A DNA stretch of 64,000 nt from Trichosphaerium sp. ATCC 40318 (lineage: Eukaryota; Protista; Tubulinea), in the NCBI GenBank assembly GCA_038496445.1, contig JALMLS010000502.1:62001-126000 (forward strand). The letters are read 5' to 3'. How positions within the stretch are numbered: the stretch's first letter is position 1; the number at the start of each line of letters is the position of its first letter. The translations under genes and the position numbers were made by a program. Of this stretch, positions 13,395-24,737 are shown piece after piece. A model generated the notes under the pieces. That model had not been told where the DNA came from, ran no database searches, and saw only the letters and a list, made by a program, of their open reading frames with translations.

Positions 13395-14120
13395 TATAAG
13401 TTCTAAGCATGTACCGCGCTCAACCACCTCCCCTCAAGCATCTGGATGCGATTGTGGTTGTATGTCTTGTAGTGCTTGCAATTTTCTAATGATTGCCCGA
13501 TTGTAACTGCAAACGGTATTGGCAATAGAGACTTTATTAAGTAATTTTCCTTTTTTGCTGTTTTGTCACGTGTAATTTAAAAAAAAAAAGACGCTAATGC
13601 ATGCCTCCAATTTACCAAACGCTCATTTGTACACTTATGAATTACCTAATGAGGACAGTGCAGCTGGACGATATTGGTGGTAATGTGTGATTGTTGAATA
13701 TGTACCTCTTTATATTCTTGGAAAATGATGATTGCATCCTTGTGAGAGGTTCAGGGACAGACGCAGGTAGTATCACTGCTATAAATGGAGATGATTATAT
13801 TCTTATACAAGACTGGGAAACAGTTGTTGGAAATATAAACGCAGGGTAGCAGAACCCAAAGTTATTTATACATAAACAATTTTTTGCCTTATTTATGAAA
13901 TAATGATGTCTGCATAAGCGCGACTCAAGCGACTACAGCAACAATTTTTGCATCTCAAAATGTAATGCAATAGGTCGACTGCGCTTGGACAAGGTGTCAA
14001 CGATTGTATTAAACTTGCGTCCTTTGGTGGCATTCCAACAATACTGGGAAATATTAATTATGGCGGTTAAGATGATTGTATTGATGTTCAAACCAGTTCT
14101 GTACAAACAATTTTAGGTAT
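13395..14120 (+). pseudogene. RTX-like family copy B, inverted and degraded
   Basis: Contains CCTCAAGCATCTGGATGCGATTGTGGTTGTATGTCTTGTAGTGCTTGC (PQASGCDCGCMSCSAC) and remnants of exons 3-5 with frameshifts and stops. Exon 1 and the last exons are missing. Confidence 0.85.
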
Positions 14121-14399
14121 TTTACTTTTAGGTTACTGTGGCTATTACCTGCTATATTATCAACATGTAATCACTGTATCGGTGAATGTATACCAATCAT
14201 GATCACTGCACCTATGAAACAACTTTTAAAAATAAACTTGCAAATTACAGTTTTGTTGTTGCAGCTTTGAAAGAGACACTACACTCAGACAAGTAAAAAT
14301 GTTAGGCTACATTACTATAACAATTAGGCTAGATGATGAATGTATAACATGCTGTAAGGACAGACTGTTAGAACAAAATAATGCATTAAAGTAGTCAAA

Positions 14400-14790
14400 T
14401 AGAAAGGAAGGTGTTTGCAAGAGGTGATATTAAATGGTCAAAGGTAGGTACGTTTATGGTCAGGAGAGCAAAAGAAGATGTTATTGAAGATATGCCAGAC
14501 AAGATAAGGCATACAGCTCTTATAGATCTAGATTGTAGATATGCTGTTAAGTGTTTTTTGTATAGTCACGTGACAATTGTTCTAAAAATAGAATAAAACA
14601 TAGGCCGACCTTGCAAAAGCTATGAGAAGGTTTAAAGAGAGTACAGCTAAGAGAAGTACTACACCTACTTTTGATGATGAGGATCTTCAAGATGGTTCTA
14701 ATGCTAAGGTTTATACGATGTCTGGTTTAGCAAAAGTGGATGGAGCTGTTTTGTATATTGAAGAAGAGTCTCAACCGTTTACTAGCTAAG
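14400..14790 (+). pseudogene. Fragment of a SNF2-family (SMARCAL1/ZRANB3-like) helicase gene
   Basis: FMVRRAKEDVIEDMPDKIRH matches the SNF2 RRxKxxVxxxLPxK motif. SGLAKVDGAVLYIEE follows. No DEAH box or helicase C-terminal domain nearby. Confidence 0.55.
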
Positions 14791-15188
14791 TGAGTTCCTG
14801 CTACTAACGTATAGAATATCGCCTCCAACTTAGAGTAATATCTTTGCGCAACCACTACATTAAGGTGTCTCGCTACAAACTATAAGTACAGTGTATTAAA
14901 ATCACTCTTTGGTAGGAGGATTGATGCAGCTTCTTATTGACGAAAAGACATAATCCTGTCTGCTTTATTGTGACATAGTACAAGAATTCGCGCCAGATGC
15001 GTTTATTTTTTATTGTGATGCCTCACATTCACAAAATCAACGTGTATTAATTTTTTTTTAACGCACGCAACAATTTTTTCTGGTGTTGTATCAAAGTGAA
15101 CGGAATTTCCTGGGATAGAACCTTGATCATTCCATGGATCCAATAACCCAAAAATATAGACCTTACCTCTTGGAGAACCATAAACAAG

Positions 15189-16238
15189 CTATAAAGCATC
15201 TATATCAACAGTCTGATTGATACCATCATAATATCTATCAAATATTTTTTTAAAGAATGGTTTTTCTGGGCTTCTAATGTCAACTATGCTCAAGTGTGTG
15301 TTGGTACTTCCACCTATAGTATTATTTATCAACGTACTAACATTTGATAAATCTTGAATCACAATAACTGGTTTGGGACCTGACCTTTCATCCCATACTT
15401 TTGTTGTTGTGTTGTTTGAAGATAGCACAAGATTTCCACTAATTGATTTACGAACTGAATAGACACCAGTATCATGGCCTGAGAATTTTGTTCTTATCTT
15501 CTCTTGACTAACATCATATATCATCACATTCTCGTATGTGCATTCCCTCCCTGCATATTCAGAAAGTCCAAACGCAATAGAATTCTCATCAACAAAACAC
15601 ATTCCACATGGGTATCGTCCTAGTCTCCTCCCCACCTTACCGTAGGATGTAACTGTATGACTCCTATTCCAAGTAATTATTCCATCAGTTACACCTACAG
15701 CTATGGAATTTTTACTGATTGCACATGTTTTGGCTATTGAGAGTTTCGGATGAGTCAGGGTTGTAATTTTTGTATTTTCTTGAAACATCAAGAAACCATC
15801 TTCACTTGATATTTTGCATCCACAAACAAGAATGCGGTTATTATTTTCTGGATCTATTCTAAGGTCACCTATCCAATCGCTGTGTTTTAGCTTCAAACGC
15901 TCAATTTTGAATGTCGTTGTGGTGTGATTTCTGAAAGTTCTGCGTTTAATTTTAATTGTTTTTTTGGTTCTTTCTTTCCATGATTCTTGCTCTTTTATGT
16001 CAAAACGTGATTGTTTGTACACCCATAAAGGCGTTGGGAAGGTTTTAGCATATATACGGCTCCAAACAAAGTCTGTACTACAGATATCGTTCATGTTTAG
16101 GCAAGCTGTTGACAGCGCTAGAATATCTCTGTACGCCACGTGCGATAATATCTCAAAAAGCGTTTCCATTGGCAAATTTAATAGATGGAGCTCATCGCTA
16201 TCCTGAAAACATGACTGACTCGTTGATGTGTAGCTCAT
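15189..16238 (-). CDS. F-box/WD40-repeat protein, largely intronless, possible premature stop
   Basis: LLNLPMETLFEILSHVAYRDILALSTACLNMNDICSTDFVWSRIY (F-box). HSDWIGDLRID and FSGHDTGVYSV...TTKVWDERS (WD40). The TAG at 15189 is followed by further coding-like sequence and a GTAAG donor. Confidence 0.85.
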   Translation of the reverse strand: MSYTSTSQSCFQDSDELHLLNLPMETLFEILSHVAYRDILALSTACLNMNDICSTDFVWSRIYAKTFPTPLWVYKQSRFDIKEQESWKERTKKTIKIKRRTFRNHTTTTFKIERLKLKHSDWIGDLRIDPENNNRILVCGCKISSEDGFLMFQENTKITTLTHPKLSIAKTCAISKNSIAVGVTDGIITWNRSHTVTSYGKVGRRLGRYPCGMCFVDENSIAFGLSEYAGRECTYENVMIYDVSQEKIRTKFSGHDTGVYSVRKSISGNLVLSSNNTTTKVWDERSGPKPVIVIQDLSNVSTLINNTIGGSTNTHLSIVDIRSPEKPFFKKIFDRYYDGINQTVDIDAL

Positions 16239-17190
16239 TTGGTTAGAAAGAACTGCCGAAGTAAGTTGAATTTTTACGGCGAACATAATGGTTAAGCAGA
16301 CCGTTTACGCCTATAAGTTATTTATAACTTGAAACCGCTTTGCTAACATTCTCTACACATTCCAAAGGCAACCAAAAACATCATTGATTTAGTACAGGGC
16401 TAGAACATGCTCCAAATTTATTTGGTAGGTGAACTTGTCATCCAAAATTCTAGCAGAGTTTTGCCATGTTTGTCTGAATGTTTAATAAACGGATTGGACA
16501 TATTTAATGGCTGGCGCATCCGTAATTTTATCATCATTCCATACACCAGAACTAGGAAATATGCCAGTTTTGAATTGAGCAACAAAGTATGAGTTGTATC
16601 CAAAACGACCTGATATACTTCCCTTTTGTATAAAACGTTAGAGGTTCAACGTTTCTGGTCCATACCATATTTCTAACCCAACCGCTCACTTCTTGCTTAC
16701 TTTGATCTATAAATATCGACGCATTTCCACAACCTCTTTGTTCCAAAGTGTGACTAGTCAGAACATCAAATAGACGTTAAAAAAGTCTTTTTTGACACTT
16801 GCTAATATCGATAAGGATAACGTTTTCCTTGTTGTCAACGAAATTATATCGATGTACTCCAACATGCTCAGTAGCAGTTAACTCAACTTGAATATTGTAT
16901 CTTTCTAGGAACTACTTTCATCTTTTTTTTCTTATCCGGCTACTTTTATGGTGTACCTTGGCTTTGGGCTATTTCAGTTCTAATTATGTAAATATCCTTG
17001 CGTCTGTCACTCCTTTATGATAAAGACATAAGCAAAGAACAGTGATATCAACACAACACTTTGAAATGGAAGCATACCACTCCAATCCAAAATGTGCTGA
17101 TTTTTTCGAGATTCGATCTTCAAACATTTTGTTTTTTATTTAAATCTTCTTAAACACTAGTTATTTGTGCTCAGGAATTCCTTTTTTCTG

Positions 17191-17283
17191 TGTACACAAT
17201 CACAATTATTAACTCCGAGATTTCTTTATACAGCAATAAACACTACAAACCACGACGATATTAACAAAGGACGAAGAGAATAA
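17191..17283 (+). repeat. Solo inverted copy of the RTX-like family 5' UTR/start, ATG mutated to ACG
   Basis: Matches the reverse complement of 12587-12685. GATGAAGAGAATAA is GACGAAGAGAATAA here. Confidence 0.85.
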
Positions 17284-17517
17284 GTTGAATACCTTTCTCC
17301 TACAGAAAACAAAGCAAATGTTAGGCTTTCATGATTGATATTATCACGTTTATGAGTCAATGAATATGTAACCAAATGTACACTATCAGCAGCGCACAAG
17401 ATAACCTAGGATCAGCGAAGCTCAAGCGAGCCAGTGCCCTTGAGTTACTACAGCTGCCAAAGTAGTTTGCATAACTGGATACAAAGCTACATTTATTAAT
17501 AGGTGCTATTTTAATTC

Positions 17518-20500
17518 TCAAACAGCAGCCATTGTGAGTGGTATACATTCACCAATACGACGAAGACATGTTGGTTCTATAAGAGAATTTTTTGCTAAGT
17601 AGTTGATTATTTTAAAATAATTCAATTTCACATCACAGCTTAATCTCACCAAACCAAAAGTTATATATGTTGTGGCATATATATACAAGTTTATAGGACT
17701 CGACTATCAAACACTTCTGAATAGGACAAAGATAGTAATTGTACAAATATAGACTTTTATTGTAAAAAAAATGTAGTTTTTTTCTTTATTTACGGAATAT
17801 ACTCCTTTTGTCCATCCTCAATCGGCTCATCTTGTGCTAGGTGTATATAACTAGTTCCCCTAGAGCGTATTCTACGTTTTGGATTTCTTCTTTGTTTGTC
17901 TCTCTTAGTATTCCATCCATCTTTTTTTGTTGGTTTGGGACTGTTATAACTGAGTTGTATCCTCTTGTCCTCAAGCACCAACTCAGAACCATAACGCATG
18001 GCTACCGTCACAGGCAAAAATCGGATAGGATCACGTCTACAACCCCCACAATTGTGGTTACATGTTCTGTTTGGGCCTTTAGGATCACAACTATATTTAA
18101 CAGAAAATTAGTACTCGCATTTGTTTTTTGCTAACGCACGTGTGTTCACAGTCATCAAAACCATTTTCTGGTATGCCATAGCTAAATTGAAATGCATTTC
18201 GCATAAATGTATCACCAATAGGTTCAGCTGGTTCGAGAACAGGAAAATCATTCACCATGGCTTCTAACATGTACGTATTTTTGAGAGTACGACAAGCATA
18301 TGCAAGGTGCGACAGTTCACTCAGTACAAAGAAATTTCGTATGTACTTATTTTGTAGCTTTTTAGAGCTTGCTGCGGAACCATCAGCTCTGTTGTGAGCA
18401 CGAAGTGGTGCCAAAAACCGCCATATAATATTGGCTCCTGGATCACGTGTTTTTAAGCGCTGTTGAATATTGGCAACAACAGCATGTATAGGGTATGTTT
18501 TAAAATGTTTGCCACATCCATCTGACCTGTAAAGGGTTAGTTGCTGAATAAAGAGAAAATGAAACAACAAAAAAGGTACGTGCCATAGAATAATTTCTTT
18601 GAACAGGTCAAAGAACTTATGTTGGTATAGAAGCTCTAGAACCCACTGTACATAGTCAGCAGTTTGTTTTACCTTTTTATTCTTTTGTTCTTTTTTAACA
18701 GTGAAGTGTAAGTATGTAACACAAGGTTTGTATGTTGAGCGGTTAATAGATGGAATACTTTTCAATTGTGGAGTTGGTTTAGCGTCTTGTTTAAGCTTTT
18801 GTGTGTGTGACATTCGTCGTTTCTTAGGGTTTTTTGCTTGATCTCTTTCCATCTCTTTCTTAGTGCGTCTTTTTCTTTTCTTTTTTTGAGGTTTGTCGAG
18901 AGTTATATTTGATGTTGATGGTGGTTTTGTAGGTGACACCATATACTTCTTCAATGTTTCTGGCAATTCTATTTTGTTCTTCGTTGCTAAAACCAAGACA
19001 AGGATAATGTAGTTAGTTTCCATGTTAGTTTGAGAAGCTGTAAAATCTAGCGTGATAACACCTCTATCAGGTTTTGCTTCAAGATCAAGGTGATCCTTTA
19101 CATACTCATATATCCTAGCACGTGCAAACTCATCTATTGTTTTTAGGTTGGCTATTTCTTTTCGTAGCTTTTGTAGACTTTCCTCAGGTATGCCACTAGT
19201 CACCTTTTCATTCAACTCTGTTACCTTTTCTTGAAGCTTAATAGCTTCCTTAGATTCAAATTTATCACCCTCTCTGACTTGAATTTGTTCGGCATCTACA
19301 AAACGCTCAAACACTGGCCTGCTCACTGTGTCAAGACCTTGTTCTTCTGCCCATGCACAATATGTTAGATACATTGCTTCTTTTGTGCCTCTAAAACGCC
19401 GATTTGTACTACCTAAATGGTTTTGTTAATAAACACATTTTTATTTTAGCCAAAATTGGTGGACTATTTCAACGTGTACTTACCCGATGGAACAACACAA
19501 TTCATCTCAAGCCATTCCAAAATTGTATTCCCCTTATTTCCTAGTTTGTCCCTTCTGAACCCAAGGTCTCGTAGAAAGTAATCAAGAGGTGGACAGCTTC
19601 TAATATTTTGTCTGGCTTTGTTTACTGCTTGAGTTGTTTGGCTGATCATCTTAGCTGTATTCTCTGATATAATCAGCACCAAAAGGTAGTCACAATTACG
19701 TACTATCATCAATGCCATCAAAGAAGGAGAGCAATGCACTTTTACGAACTGGTGAGTTCTTTGAAAGACTCAAATACAGTTGTATTACTCTGTCGACAAC
19801 AATTTTATTCCTCAGTGCCTTTGTTGGTGATTGAGATGGATCTGAATACCTTTTTCTATATGCATTAACCAGCTTTGGATCTCTTTGAGCAAGTAGATGG
19901 TCAACATAAGTTATTATTTCTTTGTGTAAAGCATCCAATTTTCTACGAAAAAATTAGTTGTTTGGATTTTTATGTAAAAAGTGTCAATACCTTTTGCGTT
20001 GCTGATGTGTCCGCAGTGCTTCAAATTGTACTACAGGTCTACCTGGGTTACGCTAAATGCTAAATAAGAATGACATTTTGGCGCTTTTTTTTAGTTGATT
20101 GGCGAAAAACTTGAAACCAGAGGCCCCACCGCCAAGGCCTGCTTTGAAAAGTTGTACACACGTGTAATTAAGCCACAGCTTTGTATACGCAGCTTCAAAA
20201 AAGCAGGCGGTTTCGGTCTACCATACCTTTAGCTCATTTGCATTTTTTTTTCGGCATGTATTGCAAGCAAAGCTGCCCGTAGCGTTTTCTACGCGTGCTA
20301 AAACGCATGGCGAGTATCCAATGAAGTATTCACCTTCTATTTTGTTTAACCTGTTTTCTCCTGACTCCCTATGCTTTTTTTTATCGCAGCACACGCAAAT
20401 AAACCAAATCCTTTCACTTGGATTGCGTTGCATCTGTTGTTGACCAGTAATATGCAAAACTTTCCAAAACCAGAAAAAAACTCGTCAAAAATAGTATTTA

Positions 20501-22043
20501 ATTTTTTTACGCATTTGAGGTACACTTTAACCACAGAAACTTTCTGTGCATGTTTTACACGCATAAATCGTTCCATTGAGAGGTATCAACTGCTTAGCAA
20601 AAAGTTCTCAACAGGTGGACATGTTTCATCTTCACAATTGAATACTTCAAAAACAGAAGGATCTGCACGAGAACAGCAACTACAAAGTAAATCTAATCAG
20701 AAAACGAACTGTATCAAGAAAAACTGGTACCTGTCATTGGGATCGTCAGCTCCACCACCATTTATTCTTCCATTAGTTATACCCATGTTTTGAGTAAGGC
20801 TTTCAACAAGGATTCTATCAGCTCCGTCATCACCATTGACAGCATTCCGATTTGTTGAGTCAGGTTCTACAGTAAATATTAAACCGCTAAAACATCTCAA
20901 GTAGTTTCGTACGTATTGTGACTTCTGATACAATCATTACATCATCACCGTTATTACCTCTCATAGCTACCATCAAAGAACACCTAGCATACATGACATC
21001 ATTCTCACTCCCGCCTTAAACAGGTAAGATGAAATACTTTTATAGAATCAAAGGTTTGTTACCTTCAATATCGAGAACGTCACTGGAGAGAACCTCAACA
21101 CAATCAGTACCAGTAGCTCCAATAACATTTCCCATGGCTGTTGGAATACCGTTGAATGAAGTTACTTTTATACAATCGTTCCCAGAAGCTCCATTCGCCC
21201 TTTTTGATCACTAAGTACACAACTACAACCTTTTTAAACCCGTACTGTGCTCTCACAAACATCATGGTTCCTCGCTTTTCCATCGCGTCCTTTACTTCCA
21301 GCTGTCGCAAAATACTTCCTTCAATTATTATATCGTCATTTCCGTCATTTCCTAGAATATCTCCCGTAGTTGCTTGAGTCGCTCTTATACAATCATTATC
21401 TTTGCCTACATGTCAAATTAAAAATAGTGGATCTAAAAATAGTTTGATTTCGGTTTTTCGAACTCACCTCCTATTGTACGTTCCTGTACTATTGCTCCAT
21501 CGTTGATTATAATACAATCGTCTCCATCTCTACCATGTATTTCATTTATGATTGCCCCTGAACCTCTTACAAGGATGCAATCATTGGCATTTGTTCCACG
21601 AATCTGTCCAGTTACAGCCGATTCTACAATCACACAATTGCTGCCAATGTCGTCCAACCGCACTAATAGTCATCATTTATAACTGTACAAGATTGTTTAC
21701 GAAACTGAAAGTAAAAAAAGTTCAGAGAATTAAATGTGCGACAACAAAAATATGGTAAAAAAAAAGATACCAAAAAAAAAAAAAAAGGTAAAAACGTCTG
21801 TTCACTTTTGCGCAAAAAGAACTTACCATCACCGTTACCATCTGCGGTTGCCGTCATACAACCAGATTCAAAGTCGCAAGCACTACAAGCCATACACTCA
21901 CAGTCGCATCCAGACGCTTCTGGTAAAGGTGGTTGAGCGTGGTACATGCTTAGAACTAATATTGGTTATTTACAAAAAGTTGGTGGTGTATAGATACAGA
22001 TAGTAATCCATAGAATACAAGCCAAGTTTATTGTAGTTGTCAT
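17518..22043 (-). CDS. RTX-like family copy C, last exon interrupted by a DNA transposon
   Basis: Exons run 22043-20610 and resume at 17582-17518 (IEPTCLRRIGECIPLTMAAV*). Removing 17583-20611 restores CPPVIEPTC, matching CPPIIEPTC in copy E. Confidence 0.9.
17583..17607 (+). repeat. Left terminal inverted repeat of transposon
   Basis: GAGAATTTTTTGCTAAGTAGTTGAT. Confidence 0.9.
17790..20433 (-). CDS. Intron-containing DDD-type transposase (Sola2-like)
   Basis: VITLDFT (D1), IILW|SDGCGKHFK (D2), WRFLAPLRAHNRADG (D3) parallel the Sola-type DF...SDG..QFK...HGK..CDG pattern. N-terminal CVCC...CNTC and C-terminal CEHTC...CNHNCGGC are Zn-binding-like. About 6 short introns. Confidence 0.8.
20585..20609 (-). 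repeat. Right terminal inverted repeat of transposon
   Basis: Reverse complement is GAGAACTTTTTGCTAAGCAGTTGAT. Confidence 0.9.
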
Positions 22044-23139
22044 CTGTTCAGCTGTTGTAATGAGTGTGTTGTCTTTTGCTTTTGTGGTTTTCAAATCTCG
22101 GCGTAAAATTGTGAATCAATACCGGAGTGGGTGTGGCTATAAATAAGGCGTCATTGGAACGTTTTACTTATAATCAAGAGCCTGTAGACTGGTATTGTTT
22201 GACTAATTTCGAAAATGCGGATTTCGACAAAGAATTCAAGCGGAGAGAGCTCTGTTTGCTTTCAGTCGGGTACAAATCACGCTGAAGGAATATTGTCTGC
22301 GTGAAGACTTTCGTTTAAAATTGGGACATTGTTATTTGGGCTAAGGACTTTTGTGATGAATACCTTTACGCCCACAGATACTACACAGCAAATACTACCT
22401 AAAAGTTTGTACAAGAACATAAAAATTATGAGTTTTCTTGTAGGGACTACGGCCTGTAAACCAGCCAATTACGTACCATTTCTTAGCGCAACAAAAGGGT
22501 TTAAGAGATCACAGGCACCTAGAAAACTCGAATTTTATGCTCTTGTACAAAAACGTAACTGAAAAGTCGGCATTCACAACACTTCAAAAAACAGAATGTC
22601 TGTCGCATTCAAGTTTCTGCCTGATCAGTCAGATCTGACGGATTTGACACTTCTGATAGGTCGTGCAGACTCACTTTTTAAATGTGATCTACCCTCACTT
22701 GTCTAGCAAATACGACCGTTTCAAGCCCACGTGATGTAACAAACTGATACAGAAACTTTTCAAAAATAAATCGACACCTGGCGGCGTTTACGAAGCCTAA
22801 AGCAACGTTGATAGTGTATTGGAAGGTTTTGACACTATTATACCTGCTTATGACTTTGAACGCTGCGAGAGTGCTTCCGTTAGCGTGGGATAGGCACCAG
22901 TGTTGGCGCTTGTGTAAAACACGTGCGTTAATGTTTTTTAATCAAACATATCCCAAATAGTGTTTGAGGCATTCATACCGCTTTCAGCAGTAATGAGATA
23001 GCATTGTAGGCCATCGAACCACTTAAATCCGCTTTTAGCTCTTTGAAGACTTTGATCGAAACTTGAATGAGACAGACAATATGCACGAGAACAAGTTAAA
23101 ACAATTTAACCATTGGTATTAACATGGACAACAAGCTTA

Positions 23140-23723
23140 GCTCTACTTCTTCTAATCTAATGTCGTCACTGTTATCCCCTCTGCTAATTATTCCTATTGT
23201 TGATGCAGTACTGCAATTATTGCCAAGCTCCTGAAAAGATACATACAAAGTTATCATCAAATATCATTCGTGAATGTTACCTTTGGTTTTTTTCCGCACC
23301 TGTCCATGTGTATTTTTCAAGATTGCTATTGAATAAAATCACAATTGCTTTGAATGTCCTCCATTAACACTAAACATGCCTTAGCTTGAGAAAGGGTAGC
23401 ACTTGATTCAAATCCTTTCAATAGACGTATTTTTAAATCACGTGACACAAAAAAACAAAACTAGGTGAATAGAATGGTGTACTTTAAACAAAGCGCGAAA
23501 TAACGTTCCAAAGCCATCATCGCTAGCTGTTACAGTCATACAACCATTATGAAAATCGCAAGCACTACAAGCCATACACCCACATGCGCATCCAGACGCT
23601 TGAGTTAAAGGTGGTTGGGCGTGGTATATGCTTAGAACTGACAATTGGGGGTAAGGGTGTTCAGTAATTTAAAAATTAGTCTCTAGATACAGATTGTAAT
23701 CCACGGAAACAGATCACGTTCAT
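23140..23723 (-). pseudogene. RTX-like family copy D, truncated and degraded
   Basis: Exon 2 is recognisable (YHAQPPLTQASGCACGCMACSACDF). Exon 1 is frameshifted and only remnants of exons 3-4 remain. Confidence 0.85.
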
Positions 23724-23825
23724 TCACTATTGTGCTATAGGTAAACACAAAGAACTTTTAGTGTATTCACTGCGTCTTTAATAAACACTTTCTGTAGTAT
23801 TAGTGCACTATTTCAGCTATAGCTA

Positions 23826-24737
23826 TTAATAATTTATTGCTACTGCGCTACCTTCTGGCATAGTTAGGTAGTCAGTATCTAAAATACAATTTACATTTTC
23901 AAATGAAACCTCGTTCATACTATCACAATCCATAAGCTCATCTGTTATCTCTTCAGGAACAAAAGAGTAAGGCAAAAAATCTACGTCACTTTGCACGTCT
24001 AAAACGCCACCATCTTCAAGGTTGTTATAATTACCAAGTTCGCAAGGGCTTAGAGGCTGTGAATACGAAAAATCAATGTCCATTAGATCAGGCTTAAAGA
24101 ACATACTGACATCGTCATCGCAAGTACCTGTACCAACATAAGAACAAGGTTCACTCGACAGTGAATCACTACAAGAAGCACTATCGTGATCGCTGTAAGA
24201 GTTTATGTATATGGGCGCCATAGGCCATGTATAGGGAGCCTTCCATCTCATAGAGTGTAAAGAGGATGGTAGCTGCTCATCTGTACCATTATAGACGGCA
24301 TTGATAGAAACTGTTGTAAGTAATTCGTGTCCTTTGCAATCTGAAGCTCTAAGTTTTTTTGTTGCACCAGGAGATAACCAATGAGTGTCGTCTGATGTTC
24401 TTTTAGGTTGTCCGGAGCCCCAGTTTCCTTTTTGTTCTTTCGGCGGCGGTCTTTCGCCACGTTCTCTTTTTCGGCGTTTTCTTGTCACACGCCCATTCGC
24501 TTTTTCAAGAATACCCTCCAGAGACCGTAACTCAGCTGTTGTAAAATTACACGGGACTTTTCCCGATGTTGTTGTTTTTGTTCGTTTTTTCAATAAACAT
24601 GTCTTGTATAACGCTGTTAAGCGTTCCATACAGTCACGTAGGTCTACTTTTGCTTCTTCATAGTTTTTGTAGGACACGCTTTTTTTCTGCTTTTTCGTTG
24701 TTTGAGTTGTCACTAGTACACCGTCCTTGTAATGCAT
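23826..24737 (-). CDS. Intronless hypothetical protein: basic N-terminal half with NLS-like cluster, acidic C-terminal half
   Basis: Open for 334 codons (ORF 23826-24830, likely start at M32 = 24737). Contains RVTRKRRKRERGER and a D/E/S-rich C-terminus. Confidence 0.7.
   Translation of the reverse strand: MHYKDGVLVTTQTTKKQKKSVSYKNYEEAKVDLRDCMERLTALYKTCLLKKRTKTTTSGKVPCNFTTAELRSLEGILEKANGRVTRKRRKRERGERPPPKEQKGNWGSGQPKRTSDDTHWLSPGATKKLRASDCKGHELLTTVSINAVYNGTDEQLPSSLHSMRWKAPYTWPMAPIYINSYSDHDSASCSDSLSSEPCSYVGTGTCDDDVSMFFKPDLMDIDFSYSQPLSPCELGNYNNLEDGGVLDVQSDVDFLPYSFVPEEITDELMDCDSMNEVSFENVNCILDTDYLTMPEGSAVAINY

Larger units (their letters stand above)
17583..20609 (-). mobile_element. Cut-and-paste DNA transposon, Sola-like (3,027 bp, 25-bp TIRs, AA target duplication)
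   Basis: TIRs GAGAATTTTTTGCTAAGTAGTTGAT and ATCAACTGCTTAGCAAAAAGTTCTC match at 23/25. AA flanks both ends. The empty site can be reconstructed from the paralog at 26005-26021. Contains a transposase gene. Confidence 0.9.

Noticed and set aside
16300-17130. Coding-like - strand sequence
   Set aside because: Many stops in all frames and no recognisable domain. At most an unidentifiable relic.
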